From Malacoraja senta (Eukaryota), in contig CM075987.1 in the NCBI GenBank assembly GCA_038087875.1, positions 23,562,001 through 23,626,000 of the forward strand: a stretch of 64,000 nt of DNA, written 5' to 3'. The notes under the pieces are model-generated. The model was not told the origin of the DNA. It was given only the letters and a program-made list of their open reading frames with translations, and ran no database searches. Made by a program: the position numbers and the translations under genes. The first letter of the stretch is position 1, and each line of letters begins with the position of its first letter. Shown here in pieces: positions 39,850 to 53,300 of the stretch.

Positions 39850-41478
39850 ACATGAGACAGGAAATGGTGTTGGGTAGACTGATGGGACTGAAGGCTGATA
39901 AATCCCCAGGGTCTGATGGTCTGCATCCCAGGGTACTTAAGGAAGTGGCTCTAGAAATCGTGGACGCATTGGTGATCATTTTCCAATGTTCTATAGATTC
40001 TGGATCAGTTCCTGTGGATTGGAGGGTAGCTAATGTTATCCCACTTTTTGAGAAAGGAGAGAGAGAGAAAACAGGGAATTATTGGCCAGTTAGCCTGACA
40101 TCGGTGGTGGGGAAGATGCTGGAGTCAATTATAAAAGATGAAATAGCGACACATTTGGATAGCAGTAACAGGATCGGTCCGAGTCAGCATGGATTTACGA
40201 AGGGGAAATCATGTTTGACTAATCTTCTGGAATTTTGAGGATGTAACTAGGAAAATGGACAAGGGAGAGCCAGTGGATGTAGTGTACCTGGACTTTCAGA
40301 AAGCCTTTGATAAGGTCCCACAAAGGAGATTGGTGGCCAAATTGGAGTACATGGTATTGGGGGTAGGGTACTGACATGGATAGAAAATTGGTTGGCAGAC
40401 AGGAAACAAAGAGTAGGGAGTAGCGGGTCCCTTTCAGAATGGTAGGCAGTAGCTAGTGGGGTACCACAAGGCTCGTTGCTGGGACCGCAGCTATTTACAA
40501 TATACATTAATGATTTAGATGAAGGGATTAAAAGTAACATTCGCAAATTTGCAGATGACACAAAGCTGGGTGGCGGTGTGAATTGTGAGGAGGATGATAT
40601 GAGGATGCAGGGTGACTTGGACAAGTTGGGTGAGTGGGCAGATGCATGGCAGATGCAGTTTAATGTGGATAAATGTGAGGTTATCCACTTTGGTGGCAAG
40701 AACAGGAAGGCAGATTATTATCTGAATGGTGTCAGGTTGGGAAAAGGGGAAGTACAATGAGATCTGGGTGTCCTTGTACATCAGTCACTGAAAGTAAGCA
40801 TGCAGATACAGCAGGCAGTGAAGAAAACTAATGGCATGTTGTCCTTCATAACAAGAGGAGTTGAGTATTGGAGCAAAAAGGTCCTTCTGCAGTTGTACAG
40901 GGCCCTGGTGAGACCACACCTGGAGTATTGTGTGCAGTTTTGGTCTCCAAATTTGAGGAACGACGTTTTTGAGGGAGTGCAGCGTAGGTTCACAAGGTTA
41001 ATTCCCGGGATGGCGGGACTGTCATATGTTGAAAGAATGGAGCGACTGGGCTTGTATACACTGGAATTTAGAAGGATGAGGGGATCTTATTGAAACATAT
41101 AAGATTATTAAGGGATTGGACACGCTAGAGGCAGGAAACATGTTCCCGATGTTGGGGAAGTCCAGAACCAGGGGCCACAGTTTAAGAATAAGGGGTAAGC
41201 CATTTAGAACGGAGATGAGAAAAAACGTTTTCACCCAGAGAGTTGTGAATCCGTGGAATTCTCTGCCTCAGAAGGTAGTGGAGGCCGATTCTCTGCATGC
41301 TTTCAAGAGAGAGTTAGATAGAGCTCTTAAAGATATTGAAGTCAAGAGAAATGGGGAGAAGGCAAAAACGGGGTACTGGTTGTGGATGATCAGACATGGT
41401 CACAGTGAATGGCGGTGCTGGGTCGAAGTGCTGAATGGCCTACTCCTGCACCTATTATCTATTGTTCATTGTCTATTG
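39850..41478 (+). mobile_element. Longest CR1 copy (~1.6 kb, RT domain, disabled)
   Basis: KSPGSDGLHPRVLKE, NYWPVSLTSVVGKMLE, QHGFTKGKSCLTNLLEF, LGPQLFTIYINDLD, KFADDTKLGG, WQMQFNVDKCEVIHFG; frameshifts and an in-frame TGA at 40758-40760. Confidence 0.95.
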
Positions 41479-42859
41479 AAGAGCCATTTAAGTAAACCGA
41501 CAGTCTCCTCAGTTTCTGCTTCCCCTTCAAAGCACAGGCTGGCCTCCTCATTCTCCCTATCAAAACATTTCAGTTCACACTTCTCTGCTCTTTTGATCCA
41601 GATCCTCCTCTAATGCACTCAAACACACACATTGCCGGTGGTGCATTAGAATTCACAGCTCCTAATACTAACAAAGAATCCTCAACCTGACATGTTATCT
41701 CTGATTTTCTTTCCGCAGATGCTGCCTGACCTGCAGAGTATTCCCCAAATTTTCTCTTTTGTAATACTTTACTTTAGAGACAAGGAACAAATAGACAGGT
41801 ACATGGATAGGACAGGTTTAGAGGGATATGGGCCTAATGCAGGCTGGTGGGACAAGTGTAACTGGGATATGTTGGCCGGTGTGAGCAAGTTGGGCTGAAG
41901 AGCCTGTTTCCATGCTGTATCACTCGATGAGATGCAGTGTGGATGTAGGCCCTTCAATCCACCGGGTCCGTGCCGCCAAGCAATCGCCCCGTACACTAAC
42001 ACCATCTTACACTCTGGAGACAATTTTAGACATTTTACCGAAGCCAATAGTGTGGGAGGGAACGGGAACACTCGGAGAAAACCACGGGTTCACGGGGAGA
42101 ACGCACAAACTCTGTACAGGCAGCACCCGTAGTCAGGATCGAACCCGTGTCTCTCTGGCGCTGTAAGGCAGCAACTCTACCGCCGTGCTCTTTGACCGGT
42201 GCATGGGTAGAACGATGATCGGTCAGACCCAGCATTGGCCGAGCATCACACCAAGAGGAGGTGGCCTCCTCTCAAACTGCACAGCAGTCAGTGAAGGTAA
42301 TAGCTGAAACCCTGATCAACAGAGAGAGGATGGAGAAGTGGCATTCGGTGCCCAGACGGCGACAGTTTTACACGTTGGGATAACTAATATACAAAAGCAC
42401 CCCAAACGTGAGCGGACAGGCCACACAAAATGGCAGCAAGACAGATTGAAAACGACATGGAAGAGTACAGCCCTTTGGTTCACGATAACCACCCAGACAT
42501 TGGCGGCACGGTGGCACAGTGGTAGAGTTGCTGCCTTACAGCAACCAAGGTTCCCGGTTCAATCCTGACTACAGGTGCTTATCTGTACAGAGTTTGTACA
42601 TTCTCCTTGTGCCAGCGTGGGATCTCCCACACTCCATAGATGTGCAGATTTGTAGGTTAATTGGCTTGATATAAGTGTCAATTGTTCCAGGTGTGTGTAG
42701 GATAGTGTCAATGAGCAGGGATCGCTGGTCGGTGCGGACTTGGTGGGCCGAAGGGCCTGTTTCCGTGCTGTTTCTCTAAACTAAACTAAACATGTTTGCA
42801 ACTTAATCTAATCCCTTCTGTGATATGATCAACATCCCTCCATTACCTGCATCTTCACG

Positions 42860-43290
42860 TTACTTACTCACTTACTGCCTATTAGGGCACGTGGGGCAGC
42901 TATTGCTGTTTCTGTAACATATGTGTTTTACGAGACAGGGTTGTTCGCCCTGTGCTCAACCTCCAACCTGGAGGACCAGTGGATCGCTCTTCGTCTCGCC
43001 TCTACCTTAGAGCTCTAGGGGCTAGTGGAGTCAAGGGATATGGGGAGAAGGCAGGCACGGGTTATTGATAGGGGACGATCAGCCATGATCACAATGAATG
43101 GCGGTGCTGGCTCGAAGAGCCGAATGGCCTCCTCCTGCACCTATTTTCTATGTTTCTATGTCTATGTTTCTACCCTTCGACCTGTCCAGCATGGGAGACC
43201 CTAACAGGAGACGAATCTCCCGCTGGCATAGCTCTGGGGGTCACTGAGACACACAAGCTCCCCGACCACGACAAGGTTGCAATCCAATGG
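42860..43290 (-). mobile_element. Short RTE/RTE-X-derived element (5' UTR close to a (taag)n-type tail), split by a CR1 tail at ~43008-43168
   Basis: Minus strand reads ggattgcaaccttgtcgtggtcggggagcttg...tggtcctccaggttggaggttgagcacagggcgaacaaccctg and ends gtaagtgagtaagta; tctacc flanks the CR1 insert. Confidence 0.55.
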
Positions 43291-44890
43291 GAAGCATCTT
43301 CATGTGCCTATCTAAAAAACTGTTTTTATTCATCAACTAATATCTACCATAACAGTGTCAACTTACTCCCACATTTGGAAGTCTGGCTGCCTCATTTTCT
43401 CCATCCCACAGTAATTAGGTTAAAAAGCATCTTTGAGTGGCTTGGCATGGTGCAGGGTGTAGTGTAAAGAACTCATTAGTCAGTTCTACGAAGATCTGCC
43501 TGGGTTAGAGCAGCATGTTGGGGTATTGTGAATGTTCTGGTGTTTGACCCCAATCTGTTTTTTTGAAACTTCGAGCGATGATTTCACAAGCCATAGGTAA
43601 ATAGCAGCTGACAGTGTCACTACAATGACCCAACATTGCATCAAAGTAAAACTCCACATGTCAAATAGAAGCCGAGGATAAAGTTTGGAGTGATCGTTTC
43701 GCAATACTGCCTTACCAAAGGCTCATCCGCCATTAAAGAGCCTCGTCCATTGCGATTCACATTTGCATCTCTGGCCAAAGACTCAGGTGGCCCCTGAGTG
43801 CGGTGGAGGCACGAGAATAAAAGTTTCCAAAAGACACTGAGTCAAGAGTCAAGTCAAGAGTGTTTCATTGCTGTGAGTCTGTGGAATTCTTTGCCTCAGA
43901 GGGCGGTGGAGGCCGGTTCTCTGGATACTTTCAAGAGAGAGCGTTGGGGGAACAAACCCAACGGGTCTGCACTTGTGTCTAGTGGCTCTTAAAGATAGCG
44001 GAGTCAGGGGATATGGGGAGAAGGCAGGAACGAGGCACTGATTGGGGATGATCAGCCATGATCACATTGAATGGCGGTGCTGGCTCGAAGGGCCGAATGG
44101 CCTACTCCTGCACCTATTGTCATATGTCCCAGATAGAGCAATGAAATTGTCCCAGATGAACAATGGACAATGTCCCAGATAGGACAATGAAATGAACAAT
44201 GAAACAAACCGTTAGCAGACTAAATTAGCAGACCAAACTAACAGATGACGGTGGAAGAGCAGGTACCAGGAACAGAGGTGGTACAGGACAAGAAGTGGAG
44301 GCAGGACGTAGAGAGGCCAAGTTTAGTTCAGTTTAGTTTATTGTCACGTGTACCGAGGTACAGCAAAAAGATTTTTTTGTTGCCTGCTAACCAGTCAGCG
44401 GAAAGAGAATGCATGATTACAATCGAGCCGTCCACAGTGTACAGATTACACGATAAAGGGAATAAAGACACAGAGAATGGCAGAGGCCTGGGCAAGAGGG
44501 CCACAGCAGGCAACAAGGAAAGAGACGGATGCAATCACACGGGGAAAGGTGCAGAGTGAATTGAAGGGTTGGATGGTCGAGGAGCAGGATTACTGAGGGA
44601 AAACCATAAAGGGGAGGAGCATGGGGGGTGTTAAAGCAGGAGGGACATGCGGCAAAGTTGAGACTGGCACAGGATGGCCGAGGCTCAAAGAGCCAAGGCT
44701 CCCTGGTATCACGGACTGACTCCACGGGTTCTAATGTGACTACACATGGTTAAAAAAAGATCAAAAGTGTAAATAGCCAACCAATCGATTCCACCTCTTA
44801 TCTCCACATTCTGTTTACTGCTAATGTCCACAATGCAGAAAGCAGTAAAACAACAACCTGAATAGACAAATATATCTTGGACCCATACTC

Positions 44891-45382
44891 CAGTGAGGGT
44901 CAGTGTGTGTGTGGGACTTGTACCCCAGTGAGGGTCAGTGTGTGTGTGGGACCTGTACCCCAGTGAAGGTCAGTGTGTGTGTGTGGGACCTGTACCCCAG
45001 TGAGGGTCAGTGTGTGTGTGTGGGACCTGTACCCCAGTGAGGGTCAGTGTGTGTGTGTGGGACTTGTACCCCAGTGAGGGTCAGTGTGTGTGTGTGTGTG
45101 GGACCTGTACCCCAGTGAGGGTCAGTGTATGTGTGTGGGACCTGTGCCCCAGTGAGGGTCAGTGTGTGTGTGTGTGTGGGACCTGTACCCCAGTGAGGGT
45201 CAGTGTATGTGTGTGGGACCTGTACCCCAGTGAGGGTCAGTGTATGTGTGTGGGACCTGTACCCCAGTGAGGGTCAGTGTGTGTGTGGGGGACCTGTACC
45301 CCAGTGAGGGTCAGTGTGTGTGTGGGGGACCTGTACCCCAGTGAGGGTCAGTGTGTGTGGGGGACCTGTACCCCAGTGAAGG
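44891..45382. repeat. VNTR, unit cagtgagggtcagt(gt)n gggacctgtaccc (~35-41 bp), about 13 copies
   Basis: Direct inspection; unit length varies through an internal (GT)n. Confidence 0.95.
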
Positions 45383-45857
45383 TTCATGTCTATAGTAGGT
45401 TAAAATGCTGCACTTGGGAGTATGGAGAATGAAGTGCATTTTTTGGTTAATAGCTGTTCAATTCTGAGATTTGGACAAATTTATTTGCAATTTACTTATT
45501 CCACCTTTCCACCCTGTCCTTCCTGCGCTGCTGCCTTTGATTTCCATCAGTTCCTTACCTGGAAAGAATATTCTATGCTCTCTGTGTGTGTGTCTCTCTC
45601 ACTAGGAAGGGAGGGATCAAACTGGGGTCAAAGCTCAGGGAGGTCAGGCATTCTTCACTAGTTGAGTCCCTGATCAGTGAACTGACTGCCACCTGGTGCC
45701 CTGCTTTTGTACTGCAAGCTGCAAGCGACCCATTGCCATAACTCATGCAGACCTCTCTTGGGAACACCAAGAGACATTGGGATAATCCGCTCGGGTTTTG
45801 AGGCCAGGGAAACTCTCACTACTCAGGGAGCCAGTCCAGTCATAACAGAAAGAAGCA

Positions 45858-46020
45858 CCATGCATTTATATAGCACCTTCCTTGGCCTCATGACAACCCA
45901 AAGTGTTTTACAGACATCGAAGTCGCTGTTGAAATGTCCACACCATTGCTGTGTAGAACTTGGGGGCGACCAACGTGGAAGCTCCCAGCAACAGCACTAA
46001 CTAACAACCAGATAACTTTA
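45858..46020 (-). mobile_element. Old Deu-domain SINE (SacSINE1/AmnSINE-like) relic
   Basis: gcatttatatagcacctt...cccaaagtgttttacag...cccagcaacagca...accagataa resembles the reversed SacSINE1 3' half; other relics at ~3555-3720, 20690-20885, 47700-47790, 54228-54266. Confidence 0.5.
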
Positions 46021-49000
46021 TGACACAATAGTGGCGGAGTAACTCAGCAGCTCAGGCAGCATCTCCGGAGAACATGGATGGGTAACGTTTCGGGTCAGAC
46101 TGAAACTTCACCCATTCCATCTCTCCAGAGATGCTGCCTGCCCCGCTGAGTTACTCCAGCATTTTGTGTCTACCTTCGAATGATACCAAGCCTATTATAG
46201 CCTGCAAACCTGTACGTCTTTGGAGTGTAGCAGGAAACCGGTGATCCCGGAGAAAACCCACGCAGGGAGAACGTACAAACTTCGTACCGCCAGCACCCGT
46301 AGTGAGGATTGAACACGGGTCTCTGGCGCTGTGCCACCGTGCTGGCCATCGTTAAGGAACTAGAATGCCGAGGTTCTGGAAGCAGAATGTATGGGGGGGT
46401 TGGAGCCCATGTTTGAAGAACACTTTATTCAGCAGTGCAAGGCGTTCCAAATATAATAGAGAAAGAACTGGGGTGATGGGTTGAATGGCCTTTGGTGTTT
46501 ATTTCAACCAACGTGAAATCAGCATCTTAATGAAACTTGGCTTTGATGTGAGACACAGGGGGAGGAGGAAGAAACAGTCAAGGCACTTGAGATAACATGA
46601 TGGAAAAAGTGAGACGTGGGAAGAAAGTTTGTCATCAATTAATGAAGGGAGGATGGAAAGAGGAGAACCAGCCATTACCTCATGCCCTGGGCTTTTATTT
46701 CCCTGGAAGCTTGGGTGGCAGGAATTAGGAGTCTTTACCGAGCCTGCTGCTGGATCGTATGGTGCAGTGGCTGAGACACTGAAACTTAACTAAAAGTCAG
46801 TGAATAACCCACTCTGAGTTGGGGAGATGAGCGCTGATGCTTGGGGGAGGATTAGAAACACAAGGCCTTATACATTTAAACCTCACCTATGGTCCCCATT
46901 CTTCCAAGGTCAGTGTTGATGTTGATTCCAAGCCATAGAATCATAGATACAGGTGCTATCCGTACAGAGTTTGTACATTCTCCCTGTGACCGCGTGGGTT
47001 TTCTCCAGGCGCTCCGGTTTCCTCCCAAGCACCAACGATGTACAGGTTTTGTAGATTATTTGGTTTAATATTATGTAATTGCCCCCATTGTTTAGTACCA
47101 TGTTAGTATGTGGTCAGCGCGGACTCAGTGGACCTGTTTCCGTGCTGTCTCTCTAAAGTAAACTAACAAACACTGCAAATAAACCGGTGAAAAGGAATGG
47201 CTGAAGAAGGGTCTCGACCTGAAACGTCACCTATTCCTTCTCTCCAGAGATGCTGCCTGACCCACTGAGCTACTCCAGCATGTTGTGTCTATCTTCGGAG
47301 TATACCAGCATCTGCAATTCCTTCCTGCACTATAAATAAACTTCCATCTAAATCCCCAACTAACTCCTCCGCCTGCTAATACTCCCTTAATTTCCTCAGC
47401 GGCCACTACTGGTGAACCTTGAGCCATTGCCAAATAACAACTCATGAATTTGTCCCCCTCGAATAGCAGTCCCCAATACAATCTGTTCAAAAACCACCTT
47501 CAAATAATCAAATCAAATGTTCAAATAATCCCTCCGATAATGCCGATTGAGTGCTCTCCATAATCGTCAGAAAATACTCTGCTCGAACCTCGTAAAATAA
47601 ACCTCACCTTCAACAAACCCCCTGAAATATAATCCCCATCCCACTTAACATTCCATGAATGAGCCAGAGTCAGAACTAAAGAGCGCTCCTGCTTTTCTTG
47701 GACGGGTGCCACCACACGTCTAAAAGGCAGACGGCTGAAAATCTCACCTGAAGGACAGCCCTTCCAACAGTGCAGCTTTCCCGAGTCCAACATCCGTGTG
47801 GTGCTTTAGTTTAGATTAGAGATACAGAGCGGAAACAGGCCCTTTGGCCCACCGAGTCGGCTCCGACCGACCAGCGATCCCCGCACATTTACACCACCCT
47901 ACACACACCAGGGACAATTTTACTTTTATACCAAGCCAATTAACCTACTAACCTGTACGTCTTTGGAGTGCGGGAGGAAACCGAAGATCTCGGAGAAAAC
48001 CCACGCAGGTCACGGGGAGAACATGCAAACTCCGTAAAGACAGCACCTGTAGTCAGGGGTTGAACCCGGGTCTCCGGCGCTGTAAGGCAGCAACTCTACC
48101 GCCGCGCCACTTGCCCACAAACATCCCTCTGACTGTACAGTATTCCACTGGCCACAGGAGGCTTCAACCAACAACCTCCAGAAGTTGAAGGTAGACACAC
48201 AATGCTGGAGTAACTCAGCGGGACAGGCAGCACCTCTGGAGAGAAGGAGTCGGTGACGTTTCATGGTCGAGACCCTTCTTCAGACCCTTCATAAGGTCAT
48301 CAGTCATCGGAACAGACATAGGCCATTCGGCCCATCGAATCTACTCCACCATTCATTCATGGCTGATCTATCTTTCCCTCTCAAACCCATTCTCCTGCCT
48401 TCCCCTCGTAACCCGAAGCACGGACTAATCAAGTATCTGTCAATCTCCATCTCAAAAATACCCAATGACGGCCTCCACAGCCATCTGTGGCAATGAATTC
48501 CACAGATTCACCACCCTCTGACTAAAGAAATTCCTCAGCGGGTGAGGCAGCATCTATGGAGCGAAGGAAATAGGCAACGTTTCGGGTCGAAACCCTTCTT
48601 CAGACTGAGAAGGACTGAAGAAGGGTTTCGGCCCGAAATGTTGCCTATTTCCTTCGCTCCATAGATGCTGCTGCACCCGCTGCGTTTCTCCAGCATTTTT
48701 GTGTACCTTCGATTTTCCAGCATCTGCAGTTCCTTCTTAAACAAATTCCTCCTCATCTCCTTCCTAAAGGTATGTCCTTTAATTCTGAGGTTATGGCCTC
48801 TGGTTCTAGACTCTCCCACTAGTTGAAACATCCTCTTCACATCCACTTTATTCATGTGTCTCACTGACCTTGAAGTCGTTGGGAGTCATTGTGAGGGAAC
48901 TACAGTGTAAAATGGTGCCGGAATGGCGACTCTTGCATATTGACTGGTGGGCTGCTCTGTACATTCAGTATGAACTGGGGAATTGTGCTTATGTACGGTG

Positions 49001-50183
49001 ATAGTCTTGCTGAGCTGTATGCAAAATAAAAAGCATTTTGCTGTACCTTGGTATACCTAATAATAAATAAACAATTGAAACCATAGTGAGAGTTACATCA
49101 GGCACCTTTTTAAGCGTAAGCAGAAGGATGGCAGCATGGTGGCATAGCGGTAGAGTTGCTGCCTTACAGTGCCGGAGACCCGGGTTCGATCCTGACTACG
49201 GGTGCTGTCTGTGCTTAGCTTGCATGCTCTCCCCGTGACTTGCGTGGGTTTTCTCCTGGTGCTCCGGTTTCCTCCCACACTCCAAAGACGTACAGGTTTG
49301 TAGGTTCATTGGTTTCGGTATTGTCCCTAGTGTGTGTAGGATAGTGTTACTGTGCAGTGATCAGCCATGTTCACAGTGAATGGCAGTGCTGGCTCGAATG
49401 GCCAACTCCTGCACCTATTGTCTGCTGGTCGGCCCAGCCACGTTTCCTCTCTGGGTGCCCGGAGCCCGTCAGGCAGCAGCACTAACCGCTGCAACACTCC
49501 GCCATGGGGAAAGCTGGGAGTTGGGAGGGAATGGTGAGATTGGTAGAGCTGCTGCGTTACAGCGCCAGAGACCCAGGTTCGATCCTAACTATCGGTGCCA
49601 TCTGTACTGACTTTGTACGTTCTCCCTGTGACCTGCGTGGGTTTTCTCTGGGAGTCCTGGTTTCCTCCCACACCCCAAAGACGTACGGGTTCGTAGGCCA
49701 ATCGGCTTGGTATAATTGTAAATTGTCCCTAGTGTGTGTGTGTAGGAAAGTGTTAGTGTGCAGGGATCGCTGGTCGGAGTGGACACGGTGGGCCGAAGAG
49801 CTTTTTCCGTGTTGTATCTCTAAACAAAAACTAAAACTAAACTATAACTAAAAAACATGAGAGCGAGCAGCAGGTACCAACAAAGACCTGAAATGCTGGA
49901 GGGTTGTTGACCTCATCCAACATTTGTATCTCCCACAGAGGGTGTACTCTGGAACGGAGGAGTTTGCTGCGGATTCTTCAAGTTATCAGCTGCACAGAGA
50001 GCAATGTTATTTCTGGGCAGAACTGACATCTTCCCCAATTGATCTTCATGATGGGCCGAAGGGCCTTTTTCTGCACTGTCGCGCCTCAGACTGAACCCAT
50101 TGTGCAGTTGGCCACCTCCTACCATCCTGGCCAGCCACCCTCCCCTGCATCCATGGCCCAGGGACCCGGCCTCACGGAAAACA

Positions 50184-50332
50184 TCAGAAGTCTTCGTAAA
50201 GTTCCAGCTCGCTTGGTAACCTCTGGTCCAGGTCAAAGCTCTCAAACCCCAGTAGTGGCTGCGATTCCTCCTCACAAACCAGCTTCTGGTCCCAGCGCAT
50301 CACCACCAGCGAAAGGAGGAAGAGCAGGGATC
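50184..50332 (-). CDS. MFS gene last coding exon H (GSLLFLLSLVVMRWDQKLVCEEESQPLLGFESFDLDQRLPSELELYEDF*)
   Basis: Acceptor gtcttttcttgcAG, phase 1 matches exon G, finishes the last TM helix, TGA at 50186-50184; not in the ORF track. Confidence 0.88.
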
Positions 50333-53300
50333 CTGCAAGAAAAGACAGAGTGTTAACACAGTTTAGTTTAGAGGGGTAAGGGGAGAGGCAAAGGATTTGC
50401 CATTAGGATTTGGTCTCCTAATGTGAGGAAAGACATTTTTGCCATAGAGGGAGTACAGAGAAGGTTCACCAGACTGATTCCTGGGATGGCAAGACTTTCA
50501 TATGAAGAAAGACTGGATCGACTCGGCTTGTACTCGCTAGAATTTAGAAGATTGAGGGGGGATCTTATAGAAACGTACAAAATTCTTAAGGGGTTGGACA
50601 GGCTAGATGCAGGAAGATTGTTCCTGATGTTGGGGAAGTCCAGAACAAGGGGTCACAATTTGAGGATAAGGGGGAAGTCTTTTAGGACCGAGATGAGAAA
50701 AAAAAATTCACACAGAGAGTGGTGAATCTGTGGAATTGAGGCCAGTTCATTGGCTTTATTTAAGAGGGAGTTAGATGTGGCCCTTGTGGCTAAAGGGATC
50801 AGGGGGTATGGAGAGAAGGCAGGTACAGGATACTGAGATGGATGATCAGCCATGATCATATTGAATGGCAGTGCAGGCTTGAAGGGCCGAATGGCCTACT
50901 CCTGCACCTATTTTTTATGTTTCAAATGGGGGGGGGGGGGGAAAGGGGCAAGGATGAAATGGGGTTAGAGAAAGAAGGCAAAAGGAGACTAAGATGGAGA
51001 GACAATAGATAATAGGTGCAGGAGTAGGCCATTTGGCCCCTCGAGCCAGCACCGCCATTCAATCTGATCATGGCTGATCATCCCCAATCAGTACCCCGTT
51101 CCTGCCCTCTCCCATATCCCCTGACTCCGCTATTTTTAAGAGCCCTAACTAGCTCCCTCTTGAAAGCATCCAGAGAACCTGCCTCCACCGCCCTCTGAGG
51201 CAGAGAATTCCACAGACTCACCACTCTCTGTGAGAAAAAGTGTTTCCTCATCTCCGTTCTAAATGGCTTCCTCCTTATTCTTAAATTGCGCGTGGCCCCT
51301 GGTTCTGGACTCCCCCAACATCGGGAACATGTTTCCTGCCTCTAGCGTGTCCAAGCCCTTAACAGTCTTATATGTTTCAATGAGATTCCCTCTCATCCTT
51401 CTAAACTCCAGAGTGTACAAGCCCAGCTGCTCCATTCTCTCAACATATGACAGTCCCGCCATCCCGGCCAGAGGAATGAAACAGGAGATGGAAGGGGAAT
51501 GGATACAATGTTCTGGCCATAATGGATTTGCTACGGTCACGTGGTGTTTGGCCTTCCCCGTGTGTTGTCATTACGGGGTGCGCGTGCCACGAGGTGGGTG
51601 CTGGACGTACCGGCCACGAACATGCCAGGACACAGGACGAGCAAGGCAAGGCGCAGGCTCCATCGCCGGGTGAGAGGGGTGACCAGCAGCGGGGCATTGC
51701 CACCAATGTTGGATATGATGAAGATATAGATGGCCACGACGGGAGTGCGGACTGCAGGTGCGACCAGCTCCACCACGATGGTCAGCGCCACCCCAATGCC
51801 CATCTCACCTGCGGGGGAGGGTGGGGGGGCAAAGAGAAAGGGTAAAGGTCAAACCAAGAGAAACATCAGCAGAGACTCGCAGCTCACGGAGAACCCCACA
51901 CACACAGACCTTCACCGGACACACAACACCCCCCCCCCCACATCCTCGTGGGTGCACAAAAGCTCCGCATGCCCACCTTCCTTATTGTACGCAGGCTCCC
52001 TCCAGCCGGGCGGCACAGTGCCACAGCGGCAGAGTTGCTGACTTACAGCGCCAGAGACCCGGGTTCAACCCTGACTGCGGGTGCTGTCTGTACGTTCTCC
52101 TCTGTGACCGGGTGGGTTTTCTCCGGGTGCTCCGGTCTCCACCCACACTCCAGAGACACGCAGGTTTATAGGTTCACTGGCTTTTTGTAAATTGCCCTCG
52201 TGTGTAGAATAACATAGAACTGGTGTACGAGTGATCGATGGTGGGTGCGGACTGGGTGGGCCCATGGGCATATTGCCAAGTTGTGTCGCTAAAACTGAAG
52301 CTATAAACAGTGTTGAACCCCTCCGTATGCACACGGAATCCATGTACAGTGAAGCTTGGCGTACACATAACACGTTCACAGGCACAGACTCTCACTCACA
52401 CGCACAGATTTCCCCCAGGTAAAGTATCCTCCCCGTTCATTAGCTCCCAACATCTACAGGGACACAAGTTAGTGGTGTAAAAATGACCAGCAGGTGGGAC
52501 CCGTTGGATTTGTAACATGTTGAATGATTTTATGGATGGGCTTGGGGGTGGGTATCGCGGGTATCCTCTGCCCTGGCCCTAGTCCTGTCTCTGCCTCTTT
52601 CGCTCCACTTTCCACTGAGGGGGAGGGGGTGAACCTCGTTGAAACTTACCGAATAGTAAAAGGCCTGGATAGAGTGGATGTGGAGAGGATGCTTCCACTA
52701 GTGGGGGAGTCTAGGACCAGAGGCCACAGCCTCAGAATAAAAGGACGCACCTTTAGAAAGGAGATGGGGAGGAATTTATTCAGTCAGAGGGTGGTGAATC
52801 TGTGGAATTCATTGTGGAAGCCAAGTCAATGGATATTCTTAAGGCAGAGATAGATAGATTCTCGATTAGTACGGATGTCAGCGGTTATGGGGAGAATGGG
52901 GTTCTTCAGCCATGATTGATTGGCAAAGTAGACTTGGTGGACCCAATTCTGCTCCGGTCACTTATGATCTTCCCAGTCCTACTCCTGGCCATATTCCTCA
53001 CGCACGGACACACCAGACCACTCTCATTCCCCAGAAAGTTCATCCTAGTTCTGACCACGCAACACTCACCGATTATCACGGGCACCCTGGGGGATTTCCG
53101 GGACCGCTGGGCACCGCGGGGGGGGGGGGGGGGGAATGCATCCTCGACAAGGATTGTAACATCGTTGTTTAATTTTCAGTATATTTGATATTTAAGAATA
53201 TCTGTTTTACTTTATGCTATGGTGGGTGGGTTTGTTGCTATTGTATATATTATTCTTGTAAATATTGATTTAACACTATCTTTTTGGTTGAAAAAATAAA

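Noticed and set aside
39798..41613. Active reverse transcriptase gene
   Set aside because: 5'-truncated CR1 with frameshifts and a premature stop.
44891..45382. Repeat-spacer-like pattern
   Set aside because: The apparent spacers are only (GT)n length variants, so it is not a CRISPR array.
48847..48852. AATAAA on the minus strand as the MFS poly(A) signal
   Set aside because: It sits at the edge of a CR1 fragment and may be a mutated CR1 gataga; there is no independent support.
49130..49200. tRNA gene (A/B boxes)
   Set aside because: tRNA-derived head of an HE1 SINE, continuing directly into the SINE body.
51537..51610. ORF-track C-terminus TSSTHLVARAPRNDNTRGRPNTT* as the end of the MFS protein
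   Set aside because: A good donor at 51611/51610 and an in-phase exon at 50332 complete the last TM helix; the read-through is probably intron.
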